This document shows, piece by piece, positions 39,848 to 53,215 of a stretch of DNA of 64,000 nt; the first letter of the stretch is position 1; each line of letters opens with the position of its first letter. The position numbers and the translations under genes are program-made. Below the pieces are notes generated by a model. The model did not search any database and had not been told where the DNA came from. It worked only from the letters and a program-made list of their open reading frames with translations. Source of the stretch: Mytilus edulis (lineage: Eukaryota). The DNA lies in the NCBI RefSeq assembly GCF_963676685.1, contig NC_092353.1, forward strand, positions 51,026,001 through 51,090,000, read 5' to 3'.

Positions 39848-40140
39848 TAAGGGGGTATATCTTGGTTCCTGAAGATAACTTGTTAACGTAAAAGTCAAGT
39901 TCATCGATGTATTGTATGTTTTTTTTAAACATATTTCATGTAAAAAGTAAAATCACAGATATACTGAACTCAGAGGAAAATCAAATCGGAAAGTCCCTAA
40001 TCACATTGCAAAATCAAATGACAAAACACATAAAAAACGAATGGACATAGATGCTTAGAATGTATTTATGAAAGTGGTTGACACAAACGGACTGATGATT
40101 TTAAGAGTAATTTTCTTACCCAAGTTCTACGTTCTTAACT
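39848..40140 (+). mobile_element. Old Kolobok-like element end, homologous to 63709-63930, interrupted by a family C insertion (~39940-40050)
   Basis: Shared blocks ttaagg.ggta.a.cttggttc, gtaaaagtcaagttcatcgatgtatt and tggttgacacaaacg.actgat.attttaagagt. Confidence 0.55.
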
Positions 40141-41460
40141 ACACTAACAAACGATTAAGGAAGGATTTTTGTAAAAACAATTAGTGGCCTCACCACTTTG
40201 TTTATGTGTTGCTATATAAACAACAGCGCATTATTTGTTGCACTGCCCCCGATTTCACATCATGCGTGAACAGTATTTTTAAAACATCAATATCATACAC
40301 TTCTTGCCTGAAGAAATTTTGCTACACGGTTCAATGGATTTTAGCTACGAAAACAATTTGAAATATTCTTGGCAATTCAAACATTCTGAACACATACAAA
40401 TATTAACAGTTGAACAAAATGAACAAATCGCAGTAAAAAACCCCGATTGCTGATCCTTTCTATTGTGAAAGAATGAGAGGCATGTGAAATCATCACAGGA
40501 GTCTGTTAAAATTATATAGACATATAAATATTACATGTAATCAGCCCTTTCCGTGGCAAATTGAAAAATAATCATGTATTTGTACATTCGAAAGATCTTG
40601 AATTGTATACGATGCTGTAAAAATACTATATCTTTTATATAATATGTATAATGCGAATGGGTACAATTTGAACTAGTTATTGAGACTACAAACTCGTTTT
40701 ATGCACAAACAAACAACATCATGTAAGTAAGATTGATACATATGATCGGCGTAATATGAGGAACCTAATCATCAATGCCAGATAAAGAACTGCAACATGT
40801 GCAAGGGGATATCTTTTAGATCAAAACAACTAGTATTACTTCCTTCTATATAGGTTATTCATGAAAGTAAATAAAAACTATTTCCATTGTATGAATAACA
40901 CGGATAAACTCTATCTTAAATATCTAACAGAGTGAGTAGCAAATGGTAAGAAACACTAAAGAATGATTTTTATCTATGACATGCTTCTTTGGGAATCAAT
41001 TTTACGAAAAATATTAACCATTTACATAAATAAAAAAATAAATTTTTATATGTTTTACAACACAAACTAAATAAAATTATATTATCCCCGAGTCTGCCTT
41101 AACATAGTTCATATTTGCACTTCTGAAATTTGATTAATTTTTTTTATAGTGACACTAAAGTGTGAACTATGAAAGCTATTACCTAACATAAAGCTTACTG
41201 ATACTTTTTAAAATGTTCCCATGGCGCGCTGACAAAATTTCATTTCAGTACTAATACCTCATAATTGTTTTTATAGATAACCCTGACATATTATCAAGCA
41301 TGACCTCCCACTATTCCAAACCATATACAAATGTGTTAGATTTAACCTAACATTTCAGATTTCATATATTAAATTCAATAATAGTTTTTCATTTTCAAAA
41401 AAAAGCAGATTAAGTTTCTTGTTCTTGGTGTAACAAAGGTATAATATGATATTAGCTTAA

Positions 41461-42021
41461 AGTCATAAGAAACCTCAAATTAAAAAAATATTATGCATAT
41501 GTTTTTTTTTATAACTAAATGGATAGTTTTCATTATACAACTTATGTACATATACTTTTTTCTGAGGAAAATTCTTTAATTTGTCCTCATTTAGAAGAAG
41601 TTTACTTATTTTTAATTGATTCCTTCCAGGAAGCAATTCGCCGATATTTTTTCCGTATGCATAGTGGCCTGAGCGTAACCCTCCTCGTAAAAATCCGTTG
41701 ATGGCAATACGCATTGATATGTCATTAAAATAAACAATTATCTGATTGTACATGTTAAACACGTGCTCATACCCATGCTTTTTGTTATTTGTTTACTATA
41801 AGGTGACAATCGTTAAATTTCAACTTCAAAACACGGCATTTAATGAGCAGCCATATTTGTTAAATTATAACAGACAGAGAGAAAAAAAATGACGATTATA
41901 CGATATATTTGCGTAAAAAACGAGAAATCGTGCACAGAGGACTAAGTTTATGATATATACATGCATTGGTTCAAGAATTGGATAAACATTATTTTTCAAC
42001 ACTCACTCATTTCATATGACT
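41461..42021. mobile_element. Kolobok-like TTAA MITE, paralog of 12641-13213
   Basis: TTAA|AGTCATAAGAAAC ... TTTCATATGACT; colinear with 12641-13213. Confidence 0.8.
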
Positions 42022-44400
42022 TAAAGGTGAGAATACATGCAATTCAATCTGAATCAGATATAAAACGACTGGTAATGAATTTTTTACAACTCTCAACAAT
42101 GTTCCTATTCTAACGAAAAGTTATGAGTGGTATTAAAAAAGAAGATTTCGGCATAGTTATAATAGGTGAATATAAATTGGTTGGAATTTTCCTGACAATT
42201 ATTTTATTGAAAAGAAATGCATTGCAATATACCAAACGTCGTACATTTTGTCAAAAAATATGTCGTCACAATTATAGTGAAGTCAGACGACCTGTCATTG
42301 AACCTCTTTCAAAAGTAAATAAAAATCCCATACTTCTAAGAAAAAAAGAAGAAGAGACCTCTTTAATCATTAATATTGTGTTTATATAACAACTTTTTTT
42401 GAAATATTTACGTTGTAATGTTCAAATGGTAAACACAAGATAGGTAAATCAATAAATATTTTGACGATCATTTGATTTTTAAAAAACTCGTGCAATCAAA
42501 ATCAAGACAACATATATATCCAGTAGTCCTTTGCTATCGGCGATTAAATATTATTCTTATGCTGAAATAGTTCCATCAGTTGTTGTAACCAAACTTAATA
42601 TGCAAATAAGTCATTTCAGAACCAAACTTTATTCACAATTTAAATTTTCAATCTCCACAGTTAATTCCTTTAAAGGGGTCAATGATTGATCATTCAAATG
42701 AGGTCATACTACATCCATTTTGATATGAATTTACGAAATATTAGATTTCACGTTTTAGACAGAAAAAACATTTGTTAAGCAGATCACATGACATTTGTTT
42801 CTCAAAATTGCTGAATCAACTAAAGATAAGTGTTAAAACATTTTTTGGATGTTACAGGTGTTCTGATTGGCTGACAGTGTTTTTGCTGATCAGATCAAAG
42901 ACATAATTTTGTAAGATGACCGTCATGACAATCAACGTTTTTTCATTGATTTACTCATGATAATAAAAACACAATAGTATTTCCTTAAGCTGAAAACAAT
43001 ACTTTTCTGTTATTAAATGTCGTGTCGTTTTCACATTTCTTCCAATTATAGTCATTTAAAAACATGTAGGTAATGGGAATTTACTCTTCGGAAAGTTTAT
43101 ATGTTCTGTTCTGTTTTGTATGGTATTTCATCTGTCTTAAAATATCTTTGTAAAATAACAACATAGGTATGAAAATCATAAAAGAAGCAAAGGATGCCAA
43201 AGGGACATTTAAAATTGTAAGTCGAAAATAAACTGACAATACTATAGCAATTAAAAACGTAACTCGACGAAAAGACATACAAAAGTTCACCAAACACCAC
43301 ATATAAACCGTAGGCGGTCTAATATTTAATTACAAGATGCTTTAAAAAAAGTCCTACTTTAAACAAAAGTCCTTCACACACTTTACAGTATCATTTGAAG
43401 TCGACGTAATCTTATATTTGCAAATTTCAGACGTTTTTTTTCAACGTTTATGATATTTGAAAACTGTATAGTTCATATAATGTAGAAGGCTAATTCAAAC
43501 TGATTAAGAACTTACTATAATAATATCGTGTATGCTGATAATAATGAGAGCGTTGCATATGCATGTGTTTTCCGTAAAACATCTTACAAGTTGATAGGTA
43601 AATGGTATAAATGTATATTTTAATAATATACATTTTCGTTTATAATGCTTTTGTATGTATTGATCTCTGCTGTTTATCATTTGTCATGTTGTAAATATGT
43701 GTTCTTTGCTATAGCATATATATTCATTTAGCAATAAAGTTCATTCATTAAATATAAAAAAAAAAACCATAGGTATGAGCTTTAGCTCAAGCTATCAACA
43801 AGCATATTACAAACATGGCAAAGTTTGCTATTCGTTGTAAGGAAACTATATTTACTGTTCAGTAATATCAATATTGATATACCATATCATGAGAGCAAAA
43901 TCAACAATAGAATAACACTTGTCGAATCAACTGTAACATTAAAACCACACATAATACAAATATTTATCTTGACTCATCATTTAAAAGAGAAAATATAGCC
44001 TACATACTGTCATTCATGTGATAAATCAAACAAGGATATTTCATTTCGGGTTACCTTTTAATTACTAAAACTAATAGACTATCGTATAATTTGGAAAAAA
44101 GGATCATCCATTCTTTCGATTGAGATAAGACATGGGATACTTTAGCCTTATTGTGATAATTACAATAATAAACAAACATTGTTGCATTCTATTCTTCAAG
44201 AGAAAGTTTTAAAAAGTCGAGTCAATAAAGGACAACTGTAGTTCTTCATTGGCAACTGTAGACCACACACGATCACCAGAAACATAAGTAACTTCATGTA
44301 AATATCTGTAATTGTTAAACCGGGATTGCATCCTGTTCGATATGAATATACACATTCTAAACTCCATTATTTCTTCAAACAGCATAGTTCACAACTTGTG

Positions 44401-44814
44401 TCAGGAACGCTCAAAGCCAAGCATTTGAAATCCGAAGAAAGATAAGTACCGAAAATCGTTGAAGAGCTATATGTAAAAAAAATACCTAAAATAAATAGCC
44501 AAATTCATCTAAAGCTAACTTTGTGTGAGGGAGTTGAAACATTGGTTTCATATTAATTTCAAAATTTATTAACGGACAATTTTAGTAAAGTTTGTTAAAT
44601 CATGTCAGTACCGAGGCACTGACTACTGAGCTGATGATACCCTAGGCGACTGATAGTCCTCCAGCAGAGGTATCGACCCAGTGATGTAAAACAAATGAAA
44701 ACTACACGAGTAATAATTTCTTCCGTCCGAAGCGCTTTTCTGGATTTACCTTCATCAGGAACGCTCAAAGCCAAACATTTGAAATCCGAAGATAGATAAG
44801 TACCGAAAATCGTT
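44401..44814 (-). mobile_element. Retrozyme family B2 (354-bp unit, ~1.2 copies)
   Basis: tcaggaacgctcaaagccaa starts at 44401 and 44755. Shares the gactactg.gctg.tgataccc...tcgacccagtg block with family B1. Confidence 0.8.
44724..44764 (-). ncRNA. Minimal type-I hammerhead ribozyme (family B2)
   Basis: CGUUC CUGAUGA A-GG(UAAAU)CC-A GAA AA(GCGC)UU C^ GGACG. Core intact, 5-bp stem I, palindromic GCGC stem III loop, weak stem II. Confidence 0.75.
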
Positions 44815-47079
44815 ATTAAGGTGCGCGAAGTTTCAGATTACTCAGTATAATACTAGGTCACATGATTAAAGCATAACTGGTGTTATTTACCTACATAGTT
44901 TTATATTACATCATATGGTAAATACTACATAGTAATTGTTTTGTATTCTTCAATTTTTGAAAAATTATTCATTTTATTAACTTTTGTAGTTATTTAAATG
45001 TTTTTTAACATGTTGGACAATATTTATAACACATACTGATGAACTAGAGAGTGCATATAGAAGTGATAAAATGCAATGTATTTAGTGATATCAAAACTAT
45101 ACAATTCGAAATTTGGAACTAACATGTGTAGTGTAGTTACGATATGCTACGTCTAGCTGCTTGTTGTTGATAGAATTAGCTGCATTTTCCTTAGTTACCA
45201 TATCAGCTTGAAGAAATTCTTAGTTGCATACACATTACAGATTTGTTAGTAAAACTATTGTTTTAAATCATTTGAATTCGATAACACAAATCCTCTAAAA
45301 ATTGATGACCATAGACATAAAAAACTTTTTGATTTGACAAGCAAAACACATGCAGATAAAAGTTGATGGTAGGATAAACACTATTAAATTGTTAGAGACT
45401 ATATTTTGCAGTGATATTCTGTTTCAAACACGCGTATGATTTATTAAAACCTATTATAACAACAGTGTATCACTTTTTCTGCGACGAGTTCCAATTTTCA
45501 TCTTTAATTCCAAATTGTGTGTTTATCTTTTCGTCGTGTAAACATTTGACATCAATCACATAACAGAGTAGTATTACTAAAAATTGTATACAAAGGGAGG
45601 TTACTCAAATTAACATTGGGGAATAAATATAAATAAAATGGAATGAAATGGAGTATTGTTACCATCACTAATGGTCTATATAACGTTTGTCTATTTAAAA
45701 TGACACATCACCCAAAGTCGCTTTATTTCTTCCTTATAAATCTAGTAGAAGGTAAAAACTGTTGCATATGTAATACACAAAAGGGACAACCTGTATATAG
45801 TCATGTATAAAAAAAAATCAGGGGGAGAACACAATTTAAAATTTTTTTTTTGTACAAACAAAACTAGTGTCAAACGTTTAGGGAAATTAAAATTCTGTAT
45901 TATTATCAATGATTTTACATGTCAACAATATCAAGTTATAACCCGGAAATTCAAAAGTCAACAAACACACTTAAAGATACATTCTCCAAACTAAACCATA
46001 GACTGGTATGCAGTCCTTAACATAGAAAATAAAATATATATTTATTTGCGTTTCATGTTGCAGGTTAAAATATATATGTACATCATCGTTGTTCTGGTAT
46101 AAAAATATTTTTATATTTAATGTCCTTTTGTCGGGACTATGTAGACCTAAGAATCCCGCCAATATGTTGTTGTGCTGTGTTACTTTTATTCAACTCTTAG
46201 CTTTATATTTGCTTATATGCTTTGTTTTCATGCCATTTTGTTTTCTTTGCTGACATATTTGATTGTTTTACAGTGATTAAGATTATAACACAATGTTAGC
46301 TGCTGTAAACATTCTTTTTGACATTTTTACCTGTTTTGTCTTGTTGTTTTTTCTTCACTCATCGTTGTCAATAAAACTGAATTTTAAAGGACTGTCATAC
46401 ACATGATACATGTGAGAGGTTTATGTAAATATACAATCTGGTTAAATCCATTTTTTTTCTGAATAGAGAAATGCCTGTACCGAGTCAGGAATATGACAGT
46501 TGTTTACAATTCGTTTGATGTGTTGAAGTTTTTGATTTTGCCATTAAAAAGGCGGCTTTCGGATTTGAATTTTCGTTTCAGTTTGTTATAAACAATGATA
46601 AAGAGACTATTTCGAAATGATAGTATATAAAGGTTATATACTATTGCCTCCGGGTGCGGGAGTTTCTCGCTACATTGAAGACCCATTGGTGGCCATCGCC
46701 TGTTGTCTAATCTATGGTCGGGTTGTTGTCGCTTTGACACATTCTCCATTTCCTTTCTCAATTTTGTAAAAATAAAAGAACGAAAAAGGTAAATAAAAAC
46801 AAAGAATCCGTCTGTCTATTTAAGATATATTAGCCTTTGACAATTTGACGGGAATAATTTATTTATTTTTTAAACTTGATATTTGGCGCTAAAAATTTCA
46901 AAATTTATGAAAAAATAAAAAGATTTGATAAAATTTTCAAATTTGGCCCTTTATATCAAATATACAATAAAATCATGAAAAAAAAAATGAAATGTGTAAT
47001 AAGAGGTAAGCGGACACATTTTGTTAATGGCACTAAATAAAATTGGAGGACTCTAAATATCATGCAAAATTAAAAATAA

Positions 47080-47888
47080 AACAAGAATGTGTCCAAAGTA
47101 CACAGATGCCCCACTCGCACTATCCTTTACCATGTTCCATGGACCGTGAAATTGGGTAATAATCTAATTTGGCATTAAAATTAGAAAGATTATAATATAG
47201 GGAACATATGTACTAAGTTTCAAGTTGATTGGACTTCAATTTTATCAAAAACTACCTTGACCAAAAACTTTAGCCTGAAACTCCCACTTTCATTTTCTAT
47301 GTTTAGTGGACCGTGAAATTGGGGTCCAAAGTCCAATTTGGCTTTAAAATTAAAAAGATCATATCATAAGCAACAAGTTTACTAAGTTTCAAGTTGATTG
47401 GACTTCAGCTTCATCAAAAACTACCTTGACCAAAAACTTTAACCTGAAACTCCCACTTTCATTTTCTATGTTCAGTGGACCGTGAATTGGGGTCAAAAGT
47501 CTAATTTGGCTTTAAAATTAGAAAGATCATATTATAAGCAACAAGTGTACTAAGTTTCAAGTTGATTGGACTTCAGCTTCATCAAAAACTACCTTGACCA
47601 AAAACTTTAACCTGAAACTCCCACTTTCATTTTCTATGTTCAGTGGACCGTGAAATTGGGGTCAAAAGTCTAATTTGGCTTTAAAATTAGAAAGATCATA
47701 TCATAAGCAACAAGTGTACTAAGTTTCAAGTTGATTGGACTTCAGCTTCATCGAAAACTACCTTGACCAAAAACTTTAACCTGAACGGACGTACAGACGG
47801 ACGGACGGACGAACGGAAGCACAGACGGTCGAACGGAGCCACAGACCAGAAAACATAATGCCCCACTACTACCGTAGGTGAGGCATAA
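47080..47888 (+). mobile_element. Helentron-associated (HINE/pearl-like) element with a ~168-bp internal satellite (~4 units)
   Basis: Starts aacaagaatgtgtcc. ggaccgtgaa recurs at 47141, 47308, 47477 and 47645. (GGAC)n microsatellite at ~47785-47835; terminal hairpin ATGCC...GGCAT. Confidence 0.8.
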
Positions 47889-49404
47889 CAAAACGAGCAA
47901 ACAATGGTAATAATGGTTATTTTTATAGCTGAAAAATAGTTTTGTATTTTTGGTTTATTTCGAAGCTTATGTCTTTTTAATTTAAATTATGAAATATTTA
48001 GGAATTTAGTAAAAGTCAAAATAGTTGTCAATGATGGAATTATATTATACATTTAAAAACCAGTTTGTGTTCAATATGTATTTTAAATTATAGAACACTT
48101 TCTATTCCATTGATACAGGTGGTGATGTACAGTGACCTATTTAAAAATTGTTTTATTGCTGTTACAACACACATGTTGAAATATATTAATAACTCTTTTT
48201 GTTTACCGAAATAAAGCGAACCATTTTAATAAACTAACACATCTTTATACATTACAAGCAATTAAGAACTCATTATGACGAGTGAGTGATCATAAACTAT
48301 CAATTTACCAATAAGTTGATACGAACATATACTACACTAAAATCAAATGGAGAGAGAAAGAAATAGTCCAGGTCTGTTCCTGTTATTAATGTTAGTTTTA
48401 AGATAGATAATACAGAATTCTGGTTACCTCTCTTTGTATAGTATATCACATGGTGTATATAAAAAGGATATGTATGATTGCCAATGAAACAACTATCCAC
48501 CAAAGTTCAAATGAAGTGGATGTAAGCAAGTTAAACAATGAGAAAACAATATTCGGCATAACTTTCTATACAATGCCCCTACATGAAAAAGAGCAAACAA
48601 TTTAAGGTAGCACAATACAGAGATTTTTTTATCCCCAATCAGACATCTTTAAACTGATGTAATTCTACTCATCCTTCTTTAATTCTTTAAAGAAAGGAGA
48701 ATGATTAATCTTTCAAATTGTGATAATTTCATTATTACATAATTATTACATAATTAATTGTTATGTAATTAGTTGCTATATTGTGATGTCCATACTTGAA
48801 TGAATTTAGCTTCTTTGTTATTCATAGCATCCCAGAATATTTTATAGATTCTTGCACAACACAGTTTGAGCTCCAAAACAGTGTCTCAGATTTTTCCTAT
48901 TGTATTTCATTCTCTCATAAATCTTCAATGAAGTTTGCAACATCAATTCATAAGAGATCACTAAATTCAATGTGGTATATATTTTGTTCTATTGATTGAT
49001 CGCCCGCATTAAGAATCCAAATTGCAGGGTCGTTTCAAATTCCGGACTTTGTAATTAACTAGGCGTCCGTTTTCGTCCGTCGTCGTTGTCACTAATTTTT
49101 ACAAAGATTATTTCTGATGAAACTACAGAGCCAAATGTAATCAAGCTTAACCAAAATCGATATTATCGAAAATACTCAGCACGATAAGTTTTACAAATAA
49201 GTCTCAAGAATGAGGAAATTTTAGAGAGCACAAAAGATCCACAAAGTAGGAAATAGAAATAAAAGTTGGTATTGCTGAAATCGTTGGTTAACTCTTATAT
49301 AAGTATTGCTAAGTGCCCTTTAATTGGGATTTTAACCAATATTTGTGGTTACGAATCGTATTAATCAAACTATTTATTGATACAAATTATAGATATATAT
49401 ATAT

Positions 49405-49682
49405 CTGATCTGTAACAATAACATCTCCATGCCTTATATATCATGTACTGTAGTACGACGCTAGATTAAAACTGACGAGGAAAGGTAACACACAGCCACC
49501 AAAAGCTTTATTTTAGTGAAGCCTAGGTGGTCGTGTGGTCTAGCGGGACGGCTGCAGTGCAGGCGATTCCGTGTCACGATATCTTAGTAGCATGGGTTCA
49601 AATCCCGGCGAGGGAAGAACAAAAATATTGCGAAAGCAAATTTACAGATCTAACATTGTTGGGTTGATGTTTAGACGAGTTG
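49405..49682 (+). mobile_element. (TA)n-inserted SINE-like element with an internal tRNA-like Pol III promoter and an upstream hammerhead-like motif
   Basis: Flanked by TA runs (~49394-49404, ~49683-49703). A box TGGTCGTGTGG (49528-49538), B box GGTTCAAATCC (49595-49605), HHR-like motif 49466-49516. Confidence 0.7.
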
Positions 49683-50584
49683 TATATATATGTTTATATA
49701 TATACAAACTTGAAAATCAAATCTGACAAGTAAGACAAGATCTGCTTATAGGAATTATTTTTTTTCATAGATGAAGAGTGTAACAAGTTTTTGTTTTTGT
49801 GCAACCACTGTGCAAACCGAAACTGTAAAATATTTATCAGCAATACAAATTCAATAATAAAGAAAAGTTCAGCCAATGTTAACTTGAACACACTATTACA
49901 TTATCTTGCCCCCGTAAGTCTTTTATGTTTTTTATTCATTTTATATGTTTCAGAGTTTAGTGAGACGTCGATATTTTTAAATCTCATAATTTCTGTCTCG
50001 CTGAATAATTAATGATTGCTATAAAACTAGGTTTAACCCACGATTTTCTTGCATGAGAAAATGCATGTTTTAAGTCAGGAATATGACGATTGTTATCCAT
50101 TCGTTTGATGTGTTTGAGGTTTTGATTTGATCATCTGATTAGGGACCTTCTGTTTTGAATTTTCCCCGGAGTTCAGTATTTTTGTGATTTTACTATTTAG
50201 AAACTAAATTCATATGCATTTTAATTCCCCCACACAATATACCGGATGGGCCAACTGACAATAATGGTCATGGTGACCTATTTGTAGATCTGAACAGTAA
50301 TGCGGTTTACAGTTTGTCTCTATATATGATAATATTTAATAACCAAAAACTGCAAAATTTCCATAAAATTACCGATCCAGGCGCAGCAACCATAAGAAAA
50401 TGCCTGTTTTAAGTCAGGAATGTGACGGTTGTTATCCATTCGTTTGATGTGTTTGAGCTTTTGATTTGATCCTCTGATATGGGACCTTCTGTTTTGAATG
50501 TTCCCCGGATTTCATTTTTTTTGTGATTTTACTAGTTAGAAACTAAATTCATATGCAGTATAATTCTCCCACACAATATACCGG

Positions 50585-51232
50585 AATCTGCTCTTGACTT
50601 AATGAACAATTGTACATCTTGTCAGATTTGCTCGAAATGCTTTAGTTCCAGATTTATGGGCCTAAAACTGCATTTAACCCTTATGTTCTATGTTTAGCCA
50701 TGTCGGCTATCTTGGTAAGTGTGGGGGTCAGCAGACCCAATTTTTAAAATAAGATATCATTAGGATAATTGTAGCCAAGTTTGGTTAATTTGTCTCAGTA
50801 GTTTCAGAGGAGAAGATGTTTGTAAAAAAGAACCAAAAATAAATGATTTGTTTTTGAAAATTGACTATAATGAGCATTAACTCCTAAATGGGTCAACTGA
50901 AAATGATGGTCATGGTGACCTATTTGTAGATCTTATTTGCTGAACAGTAATGCGGTTTACAGTTTGTCTCTATATATAATAATATTTAATAATTAGCATT
51001 TTACCACTATGTTCTATTTTTAGCCATGTCGACCATCTTAGTTGGTGGACAAGGTCATCAGACACATTCTTTTTAAAACAAGGTACCATAAGGATGATGT
51101 AGGCCAAGTTTTGTAAAAATTGGCCAAGTAGTTTTATAGGAGAAGATATTTGTAAAAGTTAACGACGACGGACGACGACGGACGCCAAGAGAATAGAAAA
51201 GTTCACTTGCTTCTTTTGGCCAGGTAAGCTTA
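50585..51232 (+). mobile_element. Degraded HINE/pearl-like element with a (GAC)n microsatellite
   Basis: Diverged internal repeats (atgttctat..ttagccatgtc...gccaagttt...aggagaagat..ttgtaaaa, twice), aacgacgacggacgacgacggacg, decayed terminal hairpin. Related reverse fragment at ~49060-49160. Confidence 0.55.
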
Positions 51233-51415
51233 AAATAGTATAAAATTGAAATATAAATAGCTCATCCATGCTATCATAACTCAAACAATCTAACAGAAGT
51301 ATCTAAACCGCTAGGATTTTCTAGGATTCCAAAATGTTGGAAACAACAGTTCCTGAAATTATTATACGTAAGAAATAAATGAAATAAGTCATTCTTCATG
51401 GTCAATTCATTTTAT

Positions 51416-51810
51416 TTAGATTTTGATGCCGCTAAAAGTTGACCACGTATCTCCAATCATGTATTTTCCATTAGTACTAATCCTGATAGATACTTTGTCA
51501 TTTTTACTCATTTGTAAAACAGCACTCTGACTAGATGGCATGTATGTAGACATCCCTTCAGCTCCAGCATGATTTCTTGCTATAATCGTGTCATTCAGTA
51601 TTAATTTTGTGTAGAAAGTCTTGCCAGTATAAGCAAGAACTGTCCAGGTGAAGTAGTAAAGTCCATCTACGCGTGCAGTGAAGACACCAGTCGACTTATC
51701 ATATCCCCCTCCGATGTTGGTTGTAACTGTGTCGAACACAACTATAGCCCCGTTACCAATATTCTGCAAATCTTTGGAATTAGATACCAGAAAACCAACC
51801 TTTCCGGAAC
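51416..51810 (-). CDS. C1q-domain-containing protein, last exon (gC1q globular head)
   Basis: Acceptor ttttaattAG (51812-51811). SGKVGFLVSNSKDLQNIGNGAIVVFDTVTTNIGGGYDKSTGVFTARVDGLYYFTW...STFSGIKI* carries the gC1q motifs FDxVxxNxG, YxxxTGxF, GxYxF and TFSG. AATAAA overlaps the stop (51416-51411). Confidence 0.95.
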
Positions 51811-52234
51811 CTAATTAAAATAGTAATTTGGATCACAAATTCATTCAGCATTGTCAGAACAATGTACAAGGTAAGTCTGTTAAATTAATAAATGTAGCGA
51901 TTACACCTAAATTCAGGAGTATCATTTGTTAATATTTTTTTTCTTTTTTGAATTCCAGGTAAATTTGATTCAAAGTGAGTAGTGTGATCTCCGCTAATTA
52001 TTAGTACATGTAGGTTTGAATATAAAAACATAAGTTCGTGGCAGTACACAATATAGAGGTCAACAACAAATAATTGTCTATACGATAGGTCAATCTCGAT
52101 CCTTCTAGAGAAGCTGTGAATTAATATAACGGAGACTATTACCAAAGTACGAAATTTAAATACATTTAAATAAAATCCTCCCCCAGCCCCTTTTTTAATA
52201 TTTAAGAATTTGATATTGATATATTCAAACTTAC

Positions 52235-52410
52235 TCGGAGTTGAAGGACTCTGGTTACAGTCACATTTTCCGTCATTATCTTCCACAAGTTTCAACTGGT
52301 ACTGAATACTCTTCATAAGACTGGCATTCGTTCGACATGATTTGTGGCAGCTTCCGCCTGATGTCAAGATGGAGGTCAGTATTGCCGCAATGGCGATAGC
52401 ATGAAAATAA
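52235..52410 (-). CDS. C1qDC exon 2: signal peptide and Cys-containing linker
   Basis: Acceptor tgttttgtAG (52412-52411), donor A|GTAAG (52234). YFHAIAIAAILTSILTSGGSCHKSCRTNASLMKSIQYQLKLVEDNDGKCDCNQSPSTP; phase 1 joins in frame to the last exon. Confidence 0.85.
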
Positions 52411-52759
52411 CTACAAAACAGTATTGTTTTATTTAAAAATATAGTATGTCTATAAGTTTGTCTTTAAAAGTTTCTGAAATTTGCTTACCCTCTGTTTGCA
52501 TAGGTTCCAATAGCCAACTCTCAAAAACGTTTTGACATGCGGTCAATTACCAAAATGTGGTGCATTTGTTTGGTCATGTGTAATAAGGTAAAGAATATGT
52601 GATTCAAATATTTGATCTGAAAGGATATTATTTACCCCTTTTTTTAACGTCAATTGTTTTGTTTTTTATAAAAGTAGATGGCCTACAATGAAATAATTCA
52701 TAAAAGAATATTAAAGATTAATATGATTTTATAATAAAAAAAATATATATAGCTCAAAC

Positions 52760-53045
52760 TCTAAATCGATCGATACAAATATATAAAGCTTTGCCATGAA
52801 GTAAGCTCTAACTCTAAATCGATCGATAGAAATATATAAATCGTTGCCATGAAGTAAGCTTTAATTCTAAATCGATCGATATAAGTATACAAAAACTGCT
52901 GACGAGGCTGCTTGTTTGATGCATGCACATTTGGAATACCAACAAACTTCGTGCTTCGCCTTAAAAAGTTGATGTTAAGACGCATATAATAAACGACTCG
53001 ACTCGAATAAGTTCGCCTTAAAAGTTGATAGTTAGGCGCATAAAA
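52760..53045. repeat. Two short local tandem duplications (~53 bp x2.3 and ~56 bp x2) in C1qDC intron 1
   Basis: tctaaatcgatcgata...ttgccatgaagtaagct repeated; ttcgccttaaaa.gttgat repeated. Confidence 0.75.
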
Positions 53046-53215
53046 TAAAAAGGAAGCCTTAACGTTTTTCTTCGTTAAGATGTTAAGAATACTAAAATAA
53101 TTCTGTTTCATTTCTAAATATCGTTTATTTTATATCTTTGTTTATATCAATAACATAAAAAAGCATGCACTTGATCACGTTACAGGCTGTTATCGAACTT
53201 AATAATTTTACCTAC

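Noticed and set aside
49521-49613. Functional tRNA gene
   Set aside because: A/B boxes and T-arm are present, but the acceptor stem does not pair, no clean anticodon arm is evident, and it is embedded in a larger repeat.
51885-52234. C-terminal part of the 160-aa track ORF
   Set aside because: Read-through into C1qDC intron 2 past the GTAAG donor at 52234.
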